A stretch of DNA of 63,107 nt, counting the filler, from Octopus bimaculoides (Eukaryota), in the NCBI RefSeq assembly GCF_001194135.2. It is 5 parts of 5 records of this genome, joined end to end, with 100 filler letters (N's around TTAATTAATTAA, not from the genome) between each part and the next. Parts side by side here need not be neighbours in the genome. Positions count along the whole stretch, not along the records: positions 43,635 to 52,722 come from NC_068994.1; positions 52,823 to 57,286 come from NC_068995.1; positions 57,387 to 63,107 come from NC_069001.1; 2 more parts are not named here. One strand, 5' to 3'. A program made the translations under genes and the position numbers. Shown piece after piece: positions 49,236 to 61,952 of this stretch. How positions within the stretch are numbered: the first letter of the stretch is position 1; every line of letters begins with the position of its first letter. A model generated the notes under the pieces. It did no database searches and was not told the origin of the DNA. It saw nothing but the letters and a program-made list of their open reading frames with translations.

Positions 49236-49400
49236 TATATACGACGGGCTTCTTTCAATTTCCGTCTACCAAATCCACTCACAGGGCTTTGGTCGGTCAG
49301 AGGCTACAGTAGAAGACACTTGCCCAAGGGGCCATGCAGTGGGACTGAACCCGGAACCACGTGGTTCGTAAGCAAGCTACTTACCACACAGCCACTCCTG
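48908..49400 (-). mobile_element. SINE type D, full length (internal gap)
   Basis: Reverse-complement homology to 24485-24935. Confidence 0.9.
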
Positions 49401-49649
49401 ATGATTTATTAAAAAACTACCCTTTATCTTTTACTTGTTCCTGTCATCAGACTGGTCATGCTGGGGAACCGTCTTGAAGAATTAATCGACCTCAGTACTA
49501 ATCTTTTGTTAAGTCTGGTACTTATTCTATCGGTATTTCTTGCCGAACCGTTAAGTTACGGGGACGTAAAAATACAAATACCAGTCGTCAAATGGTGATG
49601 GGGAGACAAATACAGACACAAAGACATGAACGCACACACGCACACACAT

Positions 49650-50155
49650 ATGCTGAAATAGTTAAGGAACTGTTTGAAGTTGAAAACATTACTGTGATGC
49701 GTTGACCAGTTCAGAGAGCCCTGACCTTAATCCCATTGAAAACTTATGGAAGATACTTGGCGATAAGATCAGAGAGCACTGACTTGTGAATGTTACGATT
49801 TTGTGGGAGAAACTTCTGGAAGGAGGGTATAAAATTACGTCAGAACAATGTGAGAAGTTGTGCTGAATTAATTAAAAATAAAGCAATGTACACATTTTAT
49901 GAATATATTGTCGTGGAATGTAAAAAATTTCTGGCAAAATTTTGATGTCATACATTCTCTAATTTTGTGCATCTTGTAATTTTCAAATAAGCATTGTTTT
50001 GTATTATAAATTATCTAGTTATTAATCACTTCCTACAAAGTTCATTGTAAATAATGAACGTACTTTAAAATAAATGCAGTTCCATTCAGAAAAATGAAGT
50101 AGAAATGTAAATAACTTGAATTTTTATTTTCGTACTCTAATTTTGGCCACTATTG
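49650..50155 (+). mobile_element. Tc1-like transposon 3' fragment
   Basis: ..SPDLNPIENLWKILGDKI motif. Ends CGTACTCTAATTTTGGCCACTATTG followed by TA. Confidence 0.8.
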
Positions 50156-50671
50156 TATATGATCTCCTNNNNNNNNNNNNNNNNNNNNNNNNNNNNNNNN
50201 NNNNNNNNNNNNNNNNNNNNNNNNNNNNNNNNNNNNNNNNNNNNNNNNNNNNNNNNNNNNNNNNNNNNNNNNNNNNNNNNNNNNNNNNNNNNNNNNNNNN
50301 NNNNNNNNNNNNNNNNNNNNNNNNNNNNNNNNNNNNNNNNNNNNNNNNNNNNNNNNNNNNNNNNNNNNNNNNNNNNNNNNNNNNNNNNNNNNNNNNNNNN
50401 NNNNNNNNNNNNNNNNNNNNNNNNNNNNNNNNNNNNNNNNNNNNNNNNNNNNNNNNNNNNNNNNNNNNNNNNNNNNNNNNNNNNNNNNNNNNNNNNNNNN
50501 NNNNNNNNNNNNNNNNNNNNNNNNNNNNNNNNNNNNNNNNNNNNNNNNNNNNNNNNNNNNNNNNNNNNNNNNNNNNNNNNNNNNNNNNNNNNNNNNNNNN
50601 NNNNNNNNNNNNNNNNNNNNNNNNNNNNNNNNNNNNNNNNNNNNNNNNNNNNNNNNNNNNNNNNNNNNNNN

Positions 50672-50702
<31 letters not shown>

Positions 50703-50719
50703 CACATATATACATATAC

Positions 50720-50865
50720 ACACACGATAGACTTCTTTCAGTTTCCGCCTACCAAATCCACTCACAAAGCTTTGGTCAGCCCGAGTTTGTAGGTGCCATG
50801 CAGTAGGACTGACCCCGGAACCATGTAGTTGGGAAACAAACTTACCACACCCCTACGCCTGCACC
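50720..50865 (-). mobile_element. SINE type D, 5' part, diverged
   Basis: TTTCAGTTTCCGCCTACCAAATCCACTCACAAAGC. Confidence 0.8.
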
Positions 50866-51094
50866 TATATTATCGAACAATAATCATTTTGTATCTCGTG
50901 GGTGGGACGTTATGCCGGTAATAAGCATCCCTGCTGGTTTTTATTTCATGTCTTTTATTATTAGTCAATTAATTAGTCATTCAATGAAGTGTTTGATTAA
51001 TTAATCGGTCATTCAATATCTCAGCTACGTTTGTCAAAGTCCTTTCGTGACAATGCGCGATAAATATCCAGTAATTAGTAGTTAGAAAAATGGT

Positions 51095-51290
51095 GGTGAG
51101 CTGACAGAATCGTTTGCAAGTCGGACAAAACCCTTGGAGGCATTTCATCTGGTTTTTCACGTTCTGAGTTCGAATTCCACCGAGGCCAACTTTGCCTTCC
51201 ATCCTTTCCGATTCGATAAAACAAAATACCAGTCAAGTATTGGAGTCGATGTAATCGACTTGTCCCACTCCATTCAAAAATTGTTGGTTT
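51095..51290 (+). mobile_element. SINE type C, diverged
   Basis: GAGTTCGAATTCCACCGAGGCCAACTTTGCCTTCCATCC. Confidence 0.8.
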
Positions 51291-51350
51291 CGAATCTTGC
51301 AACGAACTGGTTCCCTTTCAGGTGGAATGTTTTGATCCTAGATCTCTATA

Positions 51351-51750
51351 CGGGATGTTCGGACTAAATTTGAAGTTTTGTAATGTGTCTTTTTGTTGTT
51401 TCAGGAACAGTTTGACGTGTTGGTGAACAGTCAACGGCGTTGGAGTGTATAATGATTAAAGCTGTAGTTAAGTAAAAGTTAGGTCATTTGAAGGACTGGA
51501 AGCCATCTGAATATTGTAAAAGAATTACCTGTATCATGATGATTTGCGCTGGGTGTCAAAATGCCGATTTGATAACTGCTGCTCAATGCTCTGTGAACAC
51601 TATAAAGGCTGTAAGACATGACATAGACAGCTTCAACGGAAACTACAAAGCCATGACCAGCAGGAAAGGACACAGAAAGCCTTCTGCCTGCATCTCCACG
51701 GAGTTTTTTCAATAAATGCAGGACATGGTGACAAAAAATCAGAGCAAGGG
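51351..51750 (+). mobile_element. Tc1/mariner (maT/DD37D-like) 5' end and transposase N-terminus
   Basis: TA followed by CGGGATGTTCGGACTAAATT terminus. KPSEYCKR..IMMICAG..NGNYKAMTSRKGHRKPSACISTEF resembles maT-type N-termini (recall-based). Confidence 0.55.
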
Positions 51751-52616
51751 TGACCTAATGCCAGCCAGCTCCAAAGAGGCGAAGTCGCTGCAGTAACAAG
51801 TTTAAAGAGACGCTGACAGGCATCGAGAGAGTAGAAAGAAGACAGACAGCAAGTCGTGAGTGGAAAAACAAAAAATATGGTTGATAAATAATACCTTTAA
51901 ATTATATATATATAAGAAAAAATCAACGTTGTATTGTTTGAGAAACATATCGTTAAAGATTCTGCCAATATCCTGCCAATAGGTAACACTTACATTCATA
52001 AAGTTGAAACTGTTTTCCAACCTATTACGTATGCTGCCGAAGATTATGAATATTTCAATGCTGCATTTTCAATATACTTTCTTTAGAATTAAGATATTTC
52101 CACTTTCCTGCGATTTTTCTAGTATTTTCCTACAATTCATTTTTTATTATTTCTTTTGAGCAGTTATAAATTTATGTTTATAATTATTTCTTTGTATTAT
52201 TGTAAGGAAATGCAAATTTATGCAAATGAGATAAAATTTAATGATTTTTAAAATCATTTATTTATTTGTTTGTGTGTCTGTTTATGAATTTATTTTAAAG
52301 CTGTTTTAAGAATTATCTTATTTGTTTCAAGTTCTTCAATGAAAACTTCTCGGTTAGGAAAAATAAAAAAAGAATTGGTAAAAGAACTTTTCTGTCGATA
52401 AAGACGATGACGATGACGTCATGATATCACGTGTCATCAAACAGAATATTGAGATGATGACGCGCCTACATGTGTTGAAAGTAGTTGTTGGATACATCAA
52501 ACCGACTATCAAGTAATTGTGGCGTTATATATATACACATGCATATATACATACGTACGTACATATATACATACATACACACACTCACACACACATGCAT
52601 GCATGCATACATACAT

Positions 52617-52647
<31 letters not shown>

Positions 52648-52822
52648 TATACGCACATACATGTATATATGTATATATACATACATAAATTCATACATAC
52701 ATACATATATATATATATATATNNNNNNNNNNNNNNNNNNNNNNNNNNNNNNNNNNNNNNNNNNNNTTAATTAATTAANNNNNNNNNNNNNNNNNNNNNN
52801 NNNNNNNNNNNNNNNNNNNNNN

Positions 52823-53146
52823 AGATACGCACAGCGTAATTTATTATATAAACAATATATGCGTATAAATTACGATTAAACCGGGTGAAATATGTCACAG
52901 GGAATAACATTTTTATGACCGCCCAGCAGTAACTCTATTCAGCTGAATAGACGTCAGTGATTGGTTGAAATTACAGAAATACGACAACTTTAACATGGAA
53001 TAACTTGCGAATTCCTTTTTTTTGTTAAGAAGACTAAGAGTAAAAGATGTTTTATATGACACATTCTACCAGTGTCCCAAGTTTCAAAGTGTTTCGTTAG
53101 TGTTTCGTTAAGAAAATACTGGTGCCCCCGTTTTAAAATAGATCCG
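52823..53146. mobile_element. Right half of the GATCC-terminated element family
   Basis: GAATAGACGTCAGTGATTGGTTGAAATTAC..GCCCCCGTTTTAAAATAGATCC. Confidence 0.75.
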
Positions 53147-54749
53147 AAAAGACAGATATTAACGGTGGTGCATCAGCATGGCCGTAGCTCTAAGCTGAAA
53201 CTAGAGGAAAAAATTAATTATAAAAGATGATGATAAAATAAACAAATCCATCCTTATTAAGACAGCTATTATTAAGAACAGAATCGCTAGAGCATCGGAC
53301 ACAATGCTTTGTGGTTGGTTTATAGTTACGTTCCTGAATGTTTTTTTCATTCCGAAATACAAAACACGTTCTTAGAGGTTTTGAACGTCTAAAGTTAAAT
53401 GTTCCTATATCATCACGCTCACACCACTGCTGCCACTATTACCATCACCACCACCACCACCACCACCACCACCATTATTTTCGTGATCACCACTGCCTTA
53501 ACCTTCCTTCCTCATCTACATTCTGGTCTGTCCTAGCTGAACATCAGCCGCAATAATTCAATCTCGACTACATATGGAAAGGAGCAAAGTTCATGGGCAT
53601 TGTCCCTCCTTTATCTGACTACCTTATAAACAACACAACAACAACAACAACAACAACAATAAAAAGTAAAAGGTCAAAAATAAAAGCCAGGAGATAAGAG
53701 ATAAAATCTTGGAAATTTACCAAAGAATTCTTGTACAGAAATAAATGTTACCATTTTATAGAATTGTCCATGCTGGAGGTTTTTATTCCCAACTTTGTTC
53801 TCTCAAAGTCAGCTTTACATGAAATAGCAATTTCTACTTACATCAGCGTTATTATACTCCCAATAATTTGTCTTTCTCTCTCCATCTCTCGTTCTTCTAT
53901 TATTGCTTCTATATGTCTCTATTATGTTCCCTCTCTTTCTCTCTCTCTCTTACACACACACACACTCTTCCTCTGTCTCCGTCTTTCTCTTTCCCTGTTT
54001 CTGTTATCTCTTTTGGTATTTGTTTACAAATTACACATGCATGTATGTATGTGTTTATGTATGTACCTATGTATTATGTATGTGTGGTTGTGTGTGTGTG
54101 TGAATATACACACTCGTGCGCGCGCGCACACCACATATGCAATGTATACGTTCATATTTAATACGTATATGTATGTGTTTGTATCTGCGTTAGAGCGTAT
54201 GTAAGTTGTTGCCATGCTCCTTGCTCATAGAAACTACAGACATTCCATAATAACTGTTCTATTCCACACTCTATATATTTTTTTAACCTTATTTTGTTAT
54301 TTTTAACATATCTTGAGATGTGAAAACAATCAAAGTTACCATTTTCCAATTCTAGGTGCTCTTATAGCTTTTCCATCCATTTTCCAGAACCATGAGTGAT
54401 CTCTGAAGAATTCCAGCAATGTCCATTTTACTATAATTTTCTCACTTTTGTTGATAAACCTATAATCGTTTATATTATATCGCCAATTGTGAACAATAGC
54501 GTCGCAGGGATTCTAACAAGTTAGAAATCTGTTTCTGACAGCCAGACAGCCAGACAGACAGACAAACAAAGGAGTATTTGTAACTCGTTAAATAAGACTT
54601 CGTTCGAAGACCACCGTTTTCCATCGATATTTGCGCATCTGTAACCGTCAGTGATGTATACAACCCTATGCATTACAAACACACACACACACACAGAGTT
54701 CAGCTTTTGCTGAATGGCCTGCACAAATGATTTTTTTCATTGTGATCAA

Positions 54750-54962
54750 ATGTATATGCTTTACATTAACTCACTTTTCCCTATCAAATCGACGTTGTCT
54801 GAACACTTGCACAGTGTACCATGCGTCAGGTGTCGAAGTGATCGGAGAGCATCACAAAATGAAGCGTTTTGCTCAAGAACAACGCACCACCCAGTCTAGG
54901 AATTGAAGCCACGATCTTCCGATCATGTGTGCAACAACCTAACAAATGTAACACCCTAACAA
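54750..54962 (-). mobile_element. Diverged tRNA-derived SINE (B-like head)
   Basis: TTTGCTCAAGAACAACGCAC..GAATTGAAGCCACGATC..CAACCTAAC. Confidence 0.65.
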
Positions 54963-54968
54963 TGTGTC

Positions 54969-55000
<32 letters not shown>

Positions 55001-56656
55001 NNNNNNNNNNNNNNNNNNNNNNNNNNNNNNNNNNNNNNNNNNNNNNNNNNNNNNNNNNNNNNNNNNNNNNNNNNNNNNNNNNNNNNNNNNNNNNNNNNNN
55101 NNNNNNNNNNNNNNNNNNNNNNNNNNNNNNNNNNNNNNNNNNNNNNNNNNNNNNNNNNNNNNNNNNNNNNNNNNNNNNNNNNNNNNNNNNNNNNNNNNNN
55201 NNNNNNNNNNNNNNNNNNNNNNNNNNNNNNNNNNNNNNNNNNNNNNNNNNNNNNNNNNNNNNNNNNNNNNNNNNNNNNNNNNNNNNNNNNNNNNNNNNNN
55301 NNNNNNNNNNNNNNNNNNNNNNNNNNNNNNNNNNNNNNNNNNNNNNNNNNNNNNNNNNNNNNNNNNNNNNNNNNNNNNNNNNNNNNNNNNNNNNNNNNNN
55401 NNNNNNNNNNNNNNNNNNNNNNNNNNNNNNNNNNNNNNNNNNNNNNNNNNNNNNNNNNNNNNNNNNNNNNNNNNNNNNNNNNNNNNNNNNNNNNNNNNNN
55501 NNNNNNNNNNNNNNNNNNNNNNNNNNNNNNNNNNNNNNNNNNNNNNNNNNNNNNNNNNNNNNNNNNNNNNNNNNNNNNNNNNNNNNNNNNNNNNNNNNNN
55601 NNNNNNNNNNNNNNNNNNNNNNNNNNNNNNNNNNNNNNTATATATATATATATATATATGATTTCCACTGCAATAGCAACTAGAAGAAAAAGCCATATTA
55701 CAGCCATGTTAGGAGAAACTGAAGGTCAGTTAGACCAGTCAGTCTGTGGTGGTGGTAGTGGTGGTAGTAAGAGTAAAGTATCCAGTAAAAGTGGTCCAGT
55801 AGGTATATTTAAATGTCAGTAGATTTTAGTGAAGAGAAGTAGACAGGGAAATAAGAAACAACAGCGAATATCGAGATACCTGGATCCAGTGTGAAAGTTT
55901 GTACCCAAGCTTGGTTTTAAGCCAGATTTGTTCAAATTGGACCCGCGCCAAGAGAGGGCTCTACGCACACGCTGCAGCGGAGGACGCTGTGATAAATTTT
56001 TGATATATCATTGCGATTAATGGTGGAGTCCCAAATCTTCAATGCTTTTTGGCTGGGATTGTCGTGCTGCACGAAGCATAAAACATCAATCTTCAGTTTT
56101 GTAGAGTTGAGGGCTCCACCGACAATTCTCTAATTGGATCCCGCACTTCCGAGCGTCCGCCTAGCCTGTGTCTCATGGTTGGGGGAAACTTTGTAGTCCC
56201 AGGGGCGCATTGTATGTACGTAAGGCACTCTTGGAAGAGATCTGCATTACGAAATGTAATGAACTGGCATCCATGTACCAATGATACACATTCCAAACAT
56301 TTATAATTATCGGAGTAATTTAGGACTTATGATTTTCTGAATTTTATAAATTCTTAGATATTTAAATTATATGAAATGATTCTGTGTTCTCGTTGTTCTT
56401 TCAAGAATTCTCTTCTAATTGTGCTGACACCATTTTCAGTCTTACAATTCCATTTCTTCCTGACTCAAAGACAAGCATACCATATTCTAAAGTACCTTGT
56501 TGTTTGGATGATTTACAAAATAATGGAAACATTTTATATTCACTCGTTCAAGTGACTCCAGTATTTTATCCCCGTATCCGTGATACAAAGGATATATTAC
56601 CCTGGCGTTCATGCACTAAATATGATACACATTCCCGAATTCCTTTATCACCAGAT

Positions 56657-56748
56657 TGGCAGTATATTTTGCACCATAGTGGCCAGTATATTTTGCACCA
56701 TAGTGGCCAGTATATTTTGCACTTAAAATGAAAAAAAATATACTGCCA
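56657..56748. repeat. 92-bp element: 14-bp inverted ends enclosing a 24-bp tandem repeat
   Basis: TGGCAGTATATTTT ... AAAATATACTGCCA. Internal (CAGTATATTTTGCACCATAGTGGC) x2.6. Confidence 0.8.
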
Positions 56749-57089
56749 CGTAACACTAATGCACGGACGTAGCGAGAAACGTACAGAGGCTTCTAAACTT
56801 AATCACATGTTCATTCTCTACAAACACTTAACATTCAGAGCATTGATTGTTTAGTACTACCACTAGACTAGTTCAGTCAACCGTGTCTGCCTTAACTTAG
56901 TCATTAACTCCCTACAAAAATAGAGCAAACTTCAAACACTAGTCAGAAGCAAAACAGCTGTGACATAAGCCATGTCTTTCTATTTCAAATTTTTGAAAAG
57001 CAGTGTAATCTGTGAAACCGGTTAAATCTATAAATATAATAATAAAAATATTTTAACTATTCTCAGTGCATTTTAAACTTCAATTTTTC

Positions 57090-57125
<36 letters not shown>

Positions 57126-57127
57126 CT

Positions 57128-57286
57128 CTTTTACTTGTTTCAGTCTTTTGACTGTGGCCATGCTGGAGCACCGCCTTTAGTCGAGCAAGTCGACCCCACG
57201 ACTTATTCTTTTAGAAGCCTAGTACTTATTCTATCGGTCTCTATTGCCGAACCGCTAGGTTACGGGGACATAAACACATCAGCATC
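57128..57286 (-). mobile_element. SINE type D, 3' part
   Basis: Reverse-complement homology to 24485-24935. Confidence 0.88.
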
Positions 57287-57386
57287 NNNNNNNNNNNNNN
57301 NNNNNNNNNNNNNNNNNNNNNNNNNNNNNNTTAATTAATTAANNNNNNNNNNNNNNNNNNNNNNNNNNNNNNNNNNNNNNNNNNNN

Positions 57387-57434
<48 letters not shown>

Positions 57435-57602
57435 TATATGTATAAGTGTGTGTGAGTGCGTGCGTATATGTGTGTGCGTATAAATATATGTATATATATA
57501 TCCATCCGTCCATCCATCCACCCATCAATACGTACATAATGCATACATACATATATACATATATATATATACATATATATTTATATATAAATGTATAGAT
57601 AA

Positions 57603-57633
<31 letters not shown>

Positions 57634-57946
57634 CTACATATCTACANNNNNNNNNNNNNNNNNNNNNNNNNNNNNNNNNNNNNNNNNNNNNNNNNNNNNN
57701 NNNNNNNNNNNNNNNNNNNNNNNNNNNNNNNNNNNNNNNNNNTATATATATATATATATATGTGTATGTATGTACGTATAGGGTAAGCTTACGATCCTTT
57801 CTTTTCACAAATTTATGTAATTTATTTCTGCTGCGAAGCTTTGTGATTAATGTGATTATCTCCAACATTTCGTAAATTCTTTGTCACAGATCAATTACTC
57901 ATTATTGGTTTCAGATCGAATATTACGCCGGTGATTTGTTGCATCT

Positions 57947-58250
57947 GGATCTCTCTTCAAAGAGTCGTATTTCATATTTTCTCGGCATATTTGTCTGTTT
58001 TAGAATCCTTCGGTTTATAACTTTGATTCGCTTATCAAATGGGAAATTGTGGTGTTTCTTTAGCGCGTGTGGTCTACCGTAGTATCCGCAGACTAAATAA
58101 TCTGGTTGAGGTTAGGATTAGAGTTCGAGTTTAGGGTTAGGTTTTAGGGTTAAAGTGTTAGGTCATGGTTTAGGATTAGGGTTAGGGCTAGTGTTAAGGT
58201 TAGAGTTAAATTATAGAGCGTGGGCTTAGGGTTACGGTTTATGATTAATG
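57947..58250. mobile_element. GGATC-initiated element with a degenerate TTAGGG tract (putative left half of the family)
   Basis: Starts GGATCTCTCTTCAAA, matching 11 of 15 positions of the reverse complement of the 53146 end (GGATCTATTTTAAAA). TTAGGG-like units at ~58110-58235. Confidence 0.55.
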
Positions 58251-58609
58251 TGATTAATGTGAGCTCATCCAGCTCAAAAGGTCCCTGGATAGGTGTTGTT
58301 TAAGGATGTTGAACGAAACACCCATGTTTCTAGAGGTGAATTATTCAAACCCCAAGGAATTCCTCTCAACACAAGGCTATGATGCTCCCCCCACTACATC
58401 TACTCATGATCAGAGATGCACATATCATCAGCCACCAAGGGACATGCTCAGCCGGTTAAGGTCAAACAACTGACAAGCAAATCTGTCGTATTGATCAGAA
58501 TATTTGTTGCAGCCCATTTTTTATACCAAGAGAAAACAATGTACATGATAAGACTTCCAATCAGTTAAGATCAGAAGCCATGAGACCCATTGCCTGGTAT
58601 TGCATCAGG

Positions 58610-58634
58610 GCATTTATTATCATTATCATCATCA

Positions 58635-58695
<61 letters not shown>

Positions 58696-59010
58696 CCTCT
58701 TCACTATCGTCATCTTCGACGGCGTCATCATCATGAACGTCATCATTATAATTACTACCACCACCAACACCATCATCGTCATCATCTCATCACACCTCCT
58801 GCTCTTCCTCCTTCCTCCTTTTCCCTCCTCCTTCCTCCTTTTCTCTCCTCCTTCTCATCCTCATCAACATCATCATCATCATCATCATCATCATCATTAC
58901 CACCACCAACACCATCATCGTCATCATCTCATCACCCCTGCTCCTCCCTCTCTTCCTCATCAACATTCTCATCAACACCATCATCAACATCATCATTATC
59001 GCCATCATTC
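58610..59010. repeat. Compound trinucleotide low-complexity tract (ATT, CAT, CCT, CAC) with a 33-bp internal duplication
   Basis: ACCACCAACACCATCATCGTCATCATCTCATCA occurs at ~58761 and ~58902. Confidence 0.9.
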
Positions 59011-59374
59011 CCCACCCTCTCAAAACGTGTGGTCTGATGCCAATATACCAAATCCTTATTATGTCAACAACTAAGGAGGTGTGTGGTTACTATGTAAGTA
59101 GCCACCTTATCTTCCCGATCACATTCCTCTCTTTATCTCCATCTTTCACACTATTTTACTCCGGAATAGTTTTTCTCACGCAATTAACTCCATCTTTGCT
59201 CATTTCGTTTTCTTTTCACATTATTTTCCGATTGCTAGAGACCCTGATCGTCTCCAGGTGTCCCAATTCATCTCTTTCTGTCTATCTATCTGTCTGTCTG
59301 TCTGTCTGTCTGTTTGTGTGTGGTTCTGTCTGTGTCTATCTATCTATATATCTATCTATCTATCTATTTATCTA

Positions 59375-59427
<53 letters not shown>

Positions 59428-59701
59428 GAGAATTACTTAATGCAGTTTTGAAGTGAAAAGGTGATTTAAAAAAAAGTTTTTTTAATTAAAATGTTATGAA
59501 ATCTTCTATCAGGATGTNNNNNNNNNNNNNNNNNNNNNNNNNNNNNNNNNNNNNNNNNNNNNNNNNNNNNNNNNNNNNNNNNNNNNNNNNNNNNNNNNNN
59601 NNNNNNNNNNNNNNNNNNNNNNNNNNNNNNNNNNNNNNNNNNNNNNNNNNNNNNNNNNNNNNNNNNNNNNNNNNNNNNNNNNNNNNNNNNNNNNNNNNNN
59701 N

Positions 59702-59747
<46 letters not shown>

Positions 59748-60293
59748 CCAGTGGTATATTGGATATTTATTATCCCTTAGACGGTTGCTTAATCTCTAAC
59801 TCATACAGATATATATATATATAATTTGTATATGATCTATATAAGGAGAAAAACGGAGAAGGCATAGAATGAATAGATATAATAAGTTTTGAGGGGATAT
59901 CTTGTGTGAAAGGTAACTATAGAAGGAAGCAGTAGAATTAATCGTCAGAGAAAATAATAAATAAACTAACGAGAGACAGAAAAAGCTCTAAGTTAAATTG
60001 CTATGTAATATTAATGACTTGGGTGGTGAAAAGTGATATAGGGGAGATAAGTCACATTTAAATCGTATAATTATAGATGTGAGAAAGAATGAACGAGAAT
60101 TAGCGAGAGGAAAGACAAGTTCGCTGATATAGACACGCATACGTTCAAAGCGTCTTTAAGTAAACGAATAAATAAAGATATTCATACGAGAATAAAGAAG
60201 GACAAAGAAAGGCAATTACTAGAACAAAGTAAGAAGAGATTGTTAACAGATTTTTAGCTTCTTTTTTTGCCTTTTAAATTATGTCTGCCATAG

Positions 60294-60359
60294 AATTTAT
60301 TTCGCCTCAATCATCAAAGGAGGAAGAAACTGTTTGCTGCTTCTGGACAAAGGAAAGCG
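60294..60359 (+). other. Candidate 66-nt internal exon
   Basis: T-rich tract ..TTCTTTTTTTGCCTTTTAAATTATGTCTGCCATAG | exon | GTGAGG. Length is a multiple of 3 and all three frames are open (e.g. NLFRLNHQRRKKLFAASGQRKA). Not recognised. Confidence 0.3.
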
Positions 60360-60554
60360 GTGAGGCCATCATCACGATAGATTCAGTTGATAAGTGGATC
60401 TATTCGACATTTTACACATGACATCACCAATTCGACAAAATTTCACAAGATAGTAATGTTTGACTGCTGAAGAAGTATGTGCGGACCGGTTCCGTCGCTC
60501 CTCGCGTGTGTCTGTCTGTCTCTCTAAGGATTCAACCAGTGCCGTCGGCTGGCC

Positions 60555-60592
<38 letters not shown>

Positions 60593-60654
60593 TACAGACA
60601 AACTGACAGACAGGCGCGCGCGCACACACACACACACATGCAATAATCCTTTGT

Positions 60655-60855
60655 TCTACAGCCACAAGGCCTGAAATTTTTGGGGAGGGGACTAGTCGTT
60701 TACATCGACTCCAATCTTCAACTGGTACTTATTTCATCGATCCCGAAAGAACGAAAAGTAAAGTCGATCTCGGTGGAATTTGAACTCAGAACGTAGTGAC
60801 GAGCGAAATACAGCTAAGCATTTCGTCCAGCAACACTAACGATTCTGCCAGCTCC
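60655..60855 (-). mobile_element. SINE type C
   Basis: ATCGATCCCGAAAGAACGAAAAGTAAAGTCGATCTCGGTGGAATTTGAACTCAGAACG. Confidence 0.85.
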
Positions 60856-60867
60856 CCGCAAACCAAT

Positions 60868-61130
60868 AAAATCTTGTTTATTGATAGACACGAGCACACC
60901 TTGTGATCATAATATCTCGGCAAAAGGATTTAATAAGCTCAGAAAATATAAAGATTTGCTGATTGAAATCGAAAAATGGTTAGAATCCCAGAGATTACAG
61001 CAGCGCTTGGAATGATCAAAAAAGGAACTGAAAATCATTTGAGAATCATCCGTGTCTTACCATTCCTGCAAAGGATGCAAAAGAGGGTTTCCACTGCTAC
61101 GTCACATGAATTGAGAACGGCGTTGTTGCT
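60868..61130 (+). pseudogene. R4/Dong-like RLE C-terminal fragment
   Basis: KSCLLIDTSTPCDHNISAKGFNKLRKYKDLLIEIEK, then a frameshift, then AALGMIKKGTENHLR..LQRMQK..TATSHELR. Confidence 0.8.
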
Positions 61131-61372
61131 GCGAATTTTTGTCTTGTTTCCTCTTCACTTTTTTTGTTTCCCTTTTGACCACTTTTTTTTTTCTGTTTAC
61201 CTTCTTTCCTTTTTCTCTCTGTCTTTCTTCCCCCCTTTTATTTTCTATCACATGCTTTGTAAATGAACAATCTGGTGTATTTTAATGGCCTACCAATGTA
61301 TACAGTGAGTTTCTTTGCCCTAGGCATAGGGATGACAGTCGACAAAAAACGGAAAGGAGATTGAAAGAAGAA

Positions 61373-61418
<46 letters not shown>

Positions 61419-61804
61419 TGTCCACAAGGGCAGCAATTCTTTCTTTTATTTTGGTGGGGATCAATTTTATCGATCCCAGTGTTTAACAATAATTTGCGAC
61501 GTAACTACATGGTCTCATATTTTAAGGGCTGAATGCCCTCAGTTGCACCAAAACCACTAAGTATAAACTTATACACCTTTGTTATCAATCCCTGGAGAGC
61601 TGAAAGTTAGAGGGCAACAACGGAAGTATTTGAACTTGGAACATGAAACCACAGAGCTAAATACTACATGGTATTTTGTTTGTCGCACCAGTGATTATGT
61701 CACCCTACCGCCTGTATATAACAAATGGTACAGGAGCAGCAGCAGCAGCAACATAAACTGCAGTCGCAGTACCAGTTGTGGTAGTATTAGCAGAGAAACA
61801 AGTT

Positions 61805-61837
<33 letters not shown>

Positions 61838-61912
61838 CCTCATTATCCTTTCAAACATATGACATTTGTTATATATGTGTGTGTGGCGGGGTGAGTACAC
61901 ACACACACCCAA

Positions 61913-61952
<40 letters not shown>

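Noticed and set aside
58580-59074. His-, Ile- and Ser-rich ORFs
   Set aside because: Translations of trinucleotide microsatellites.
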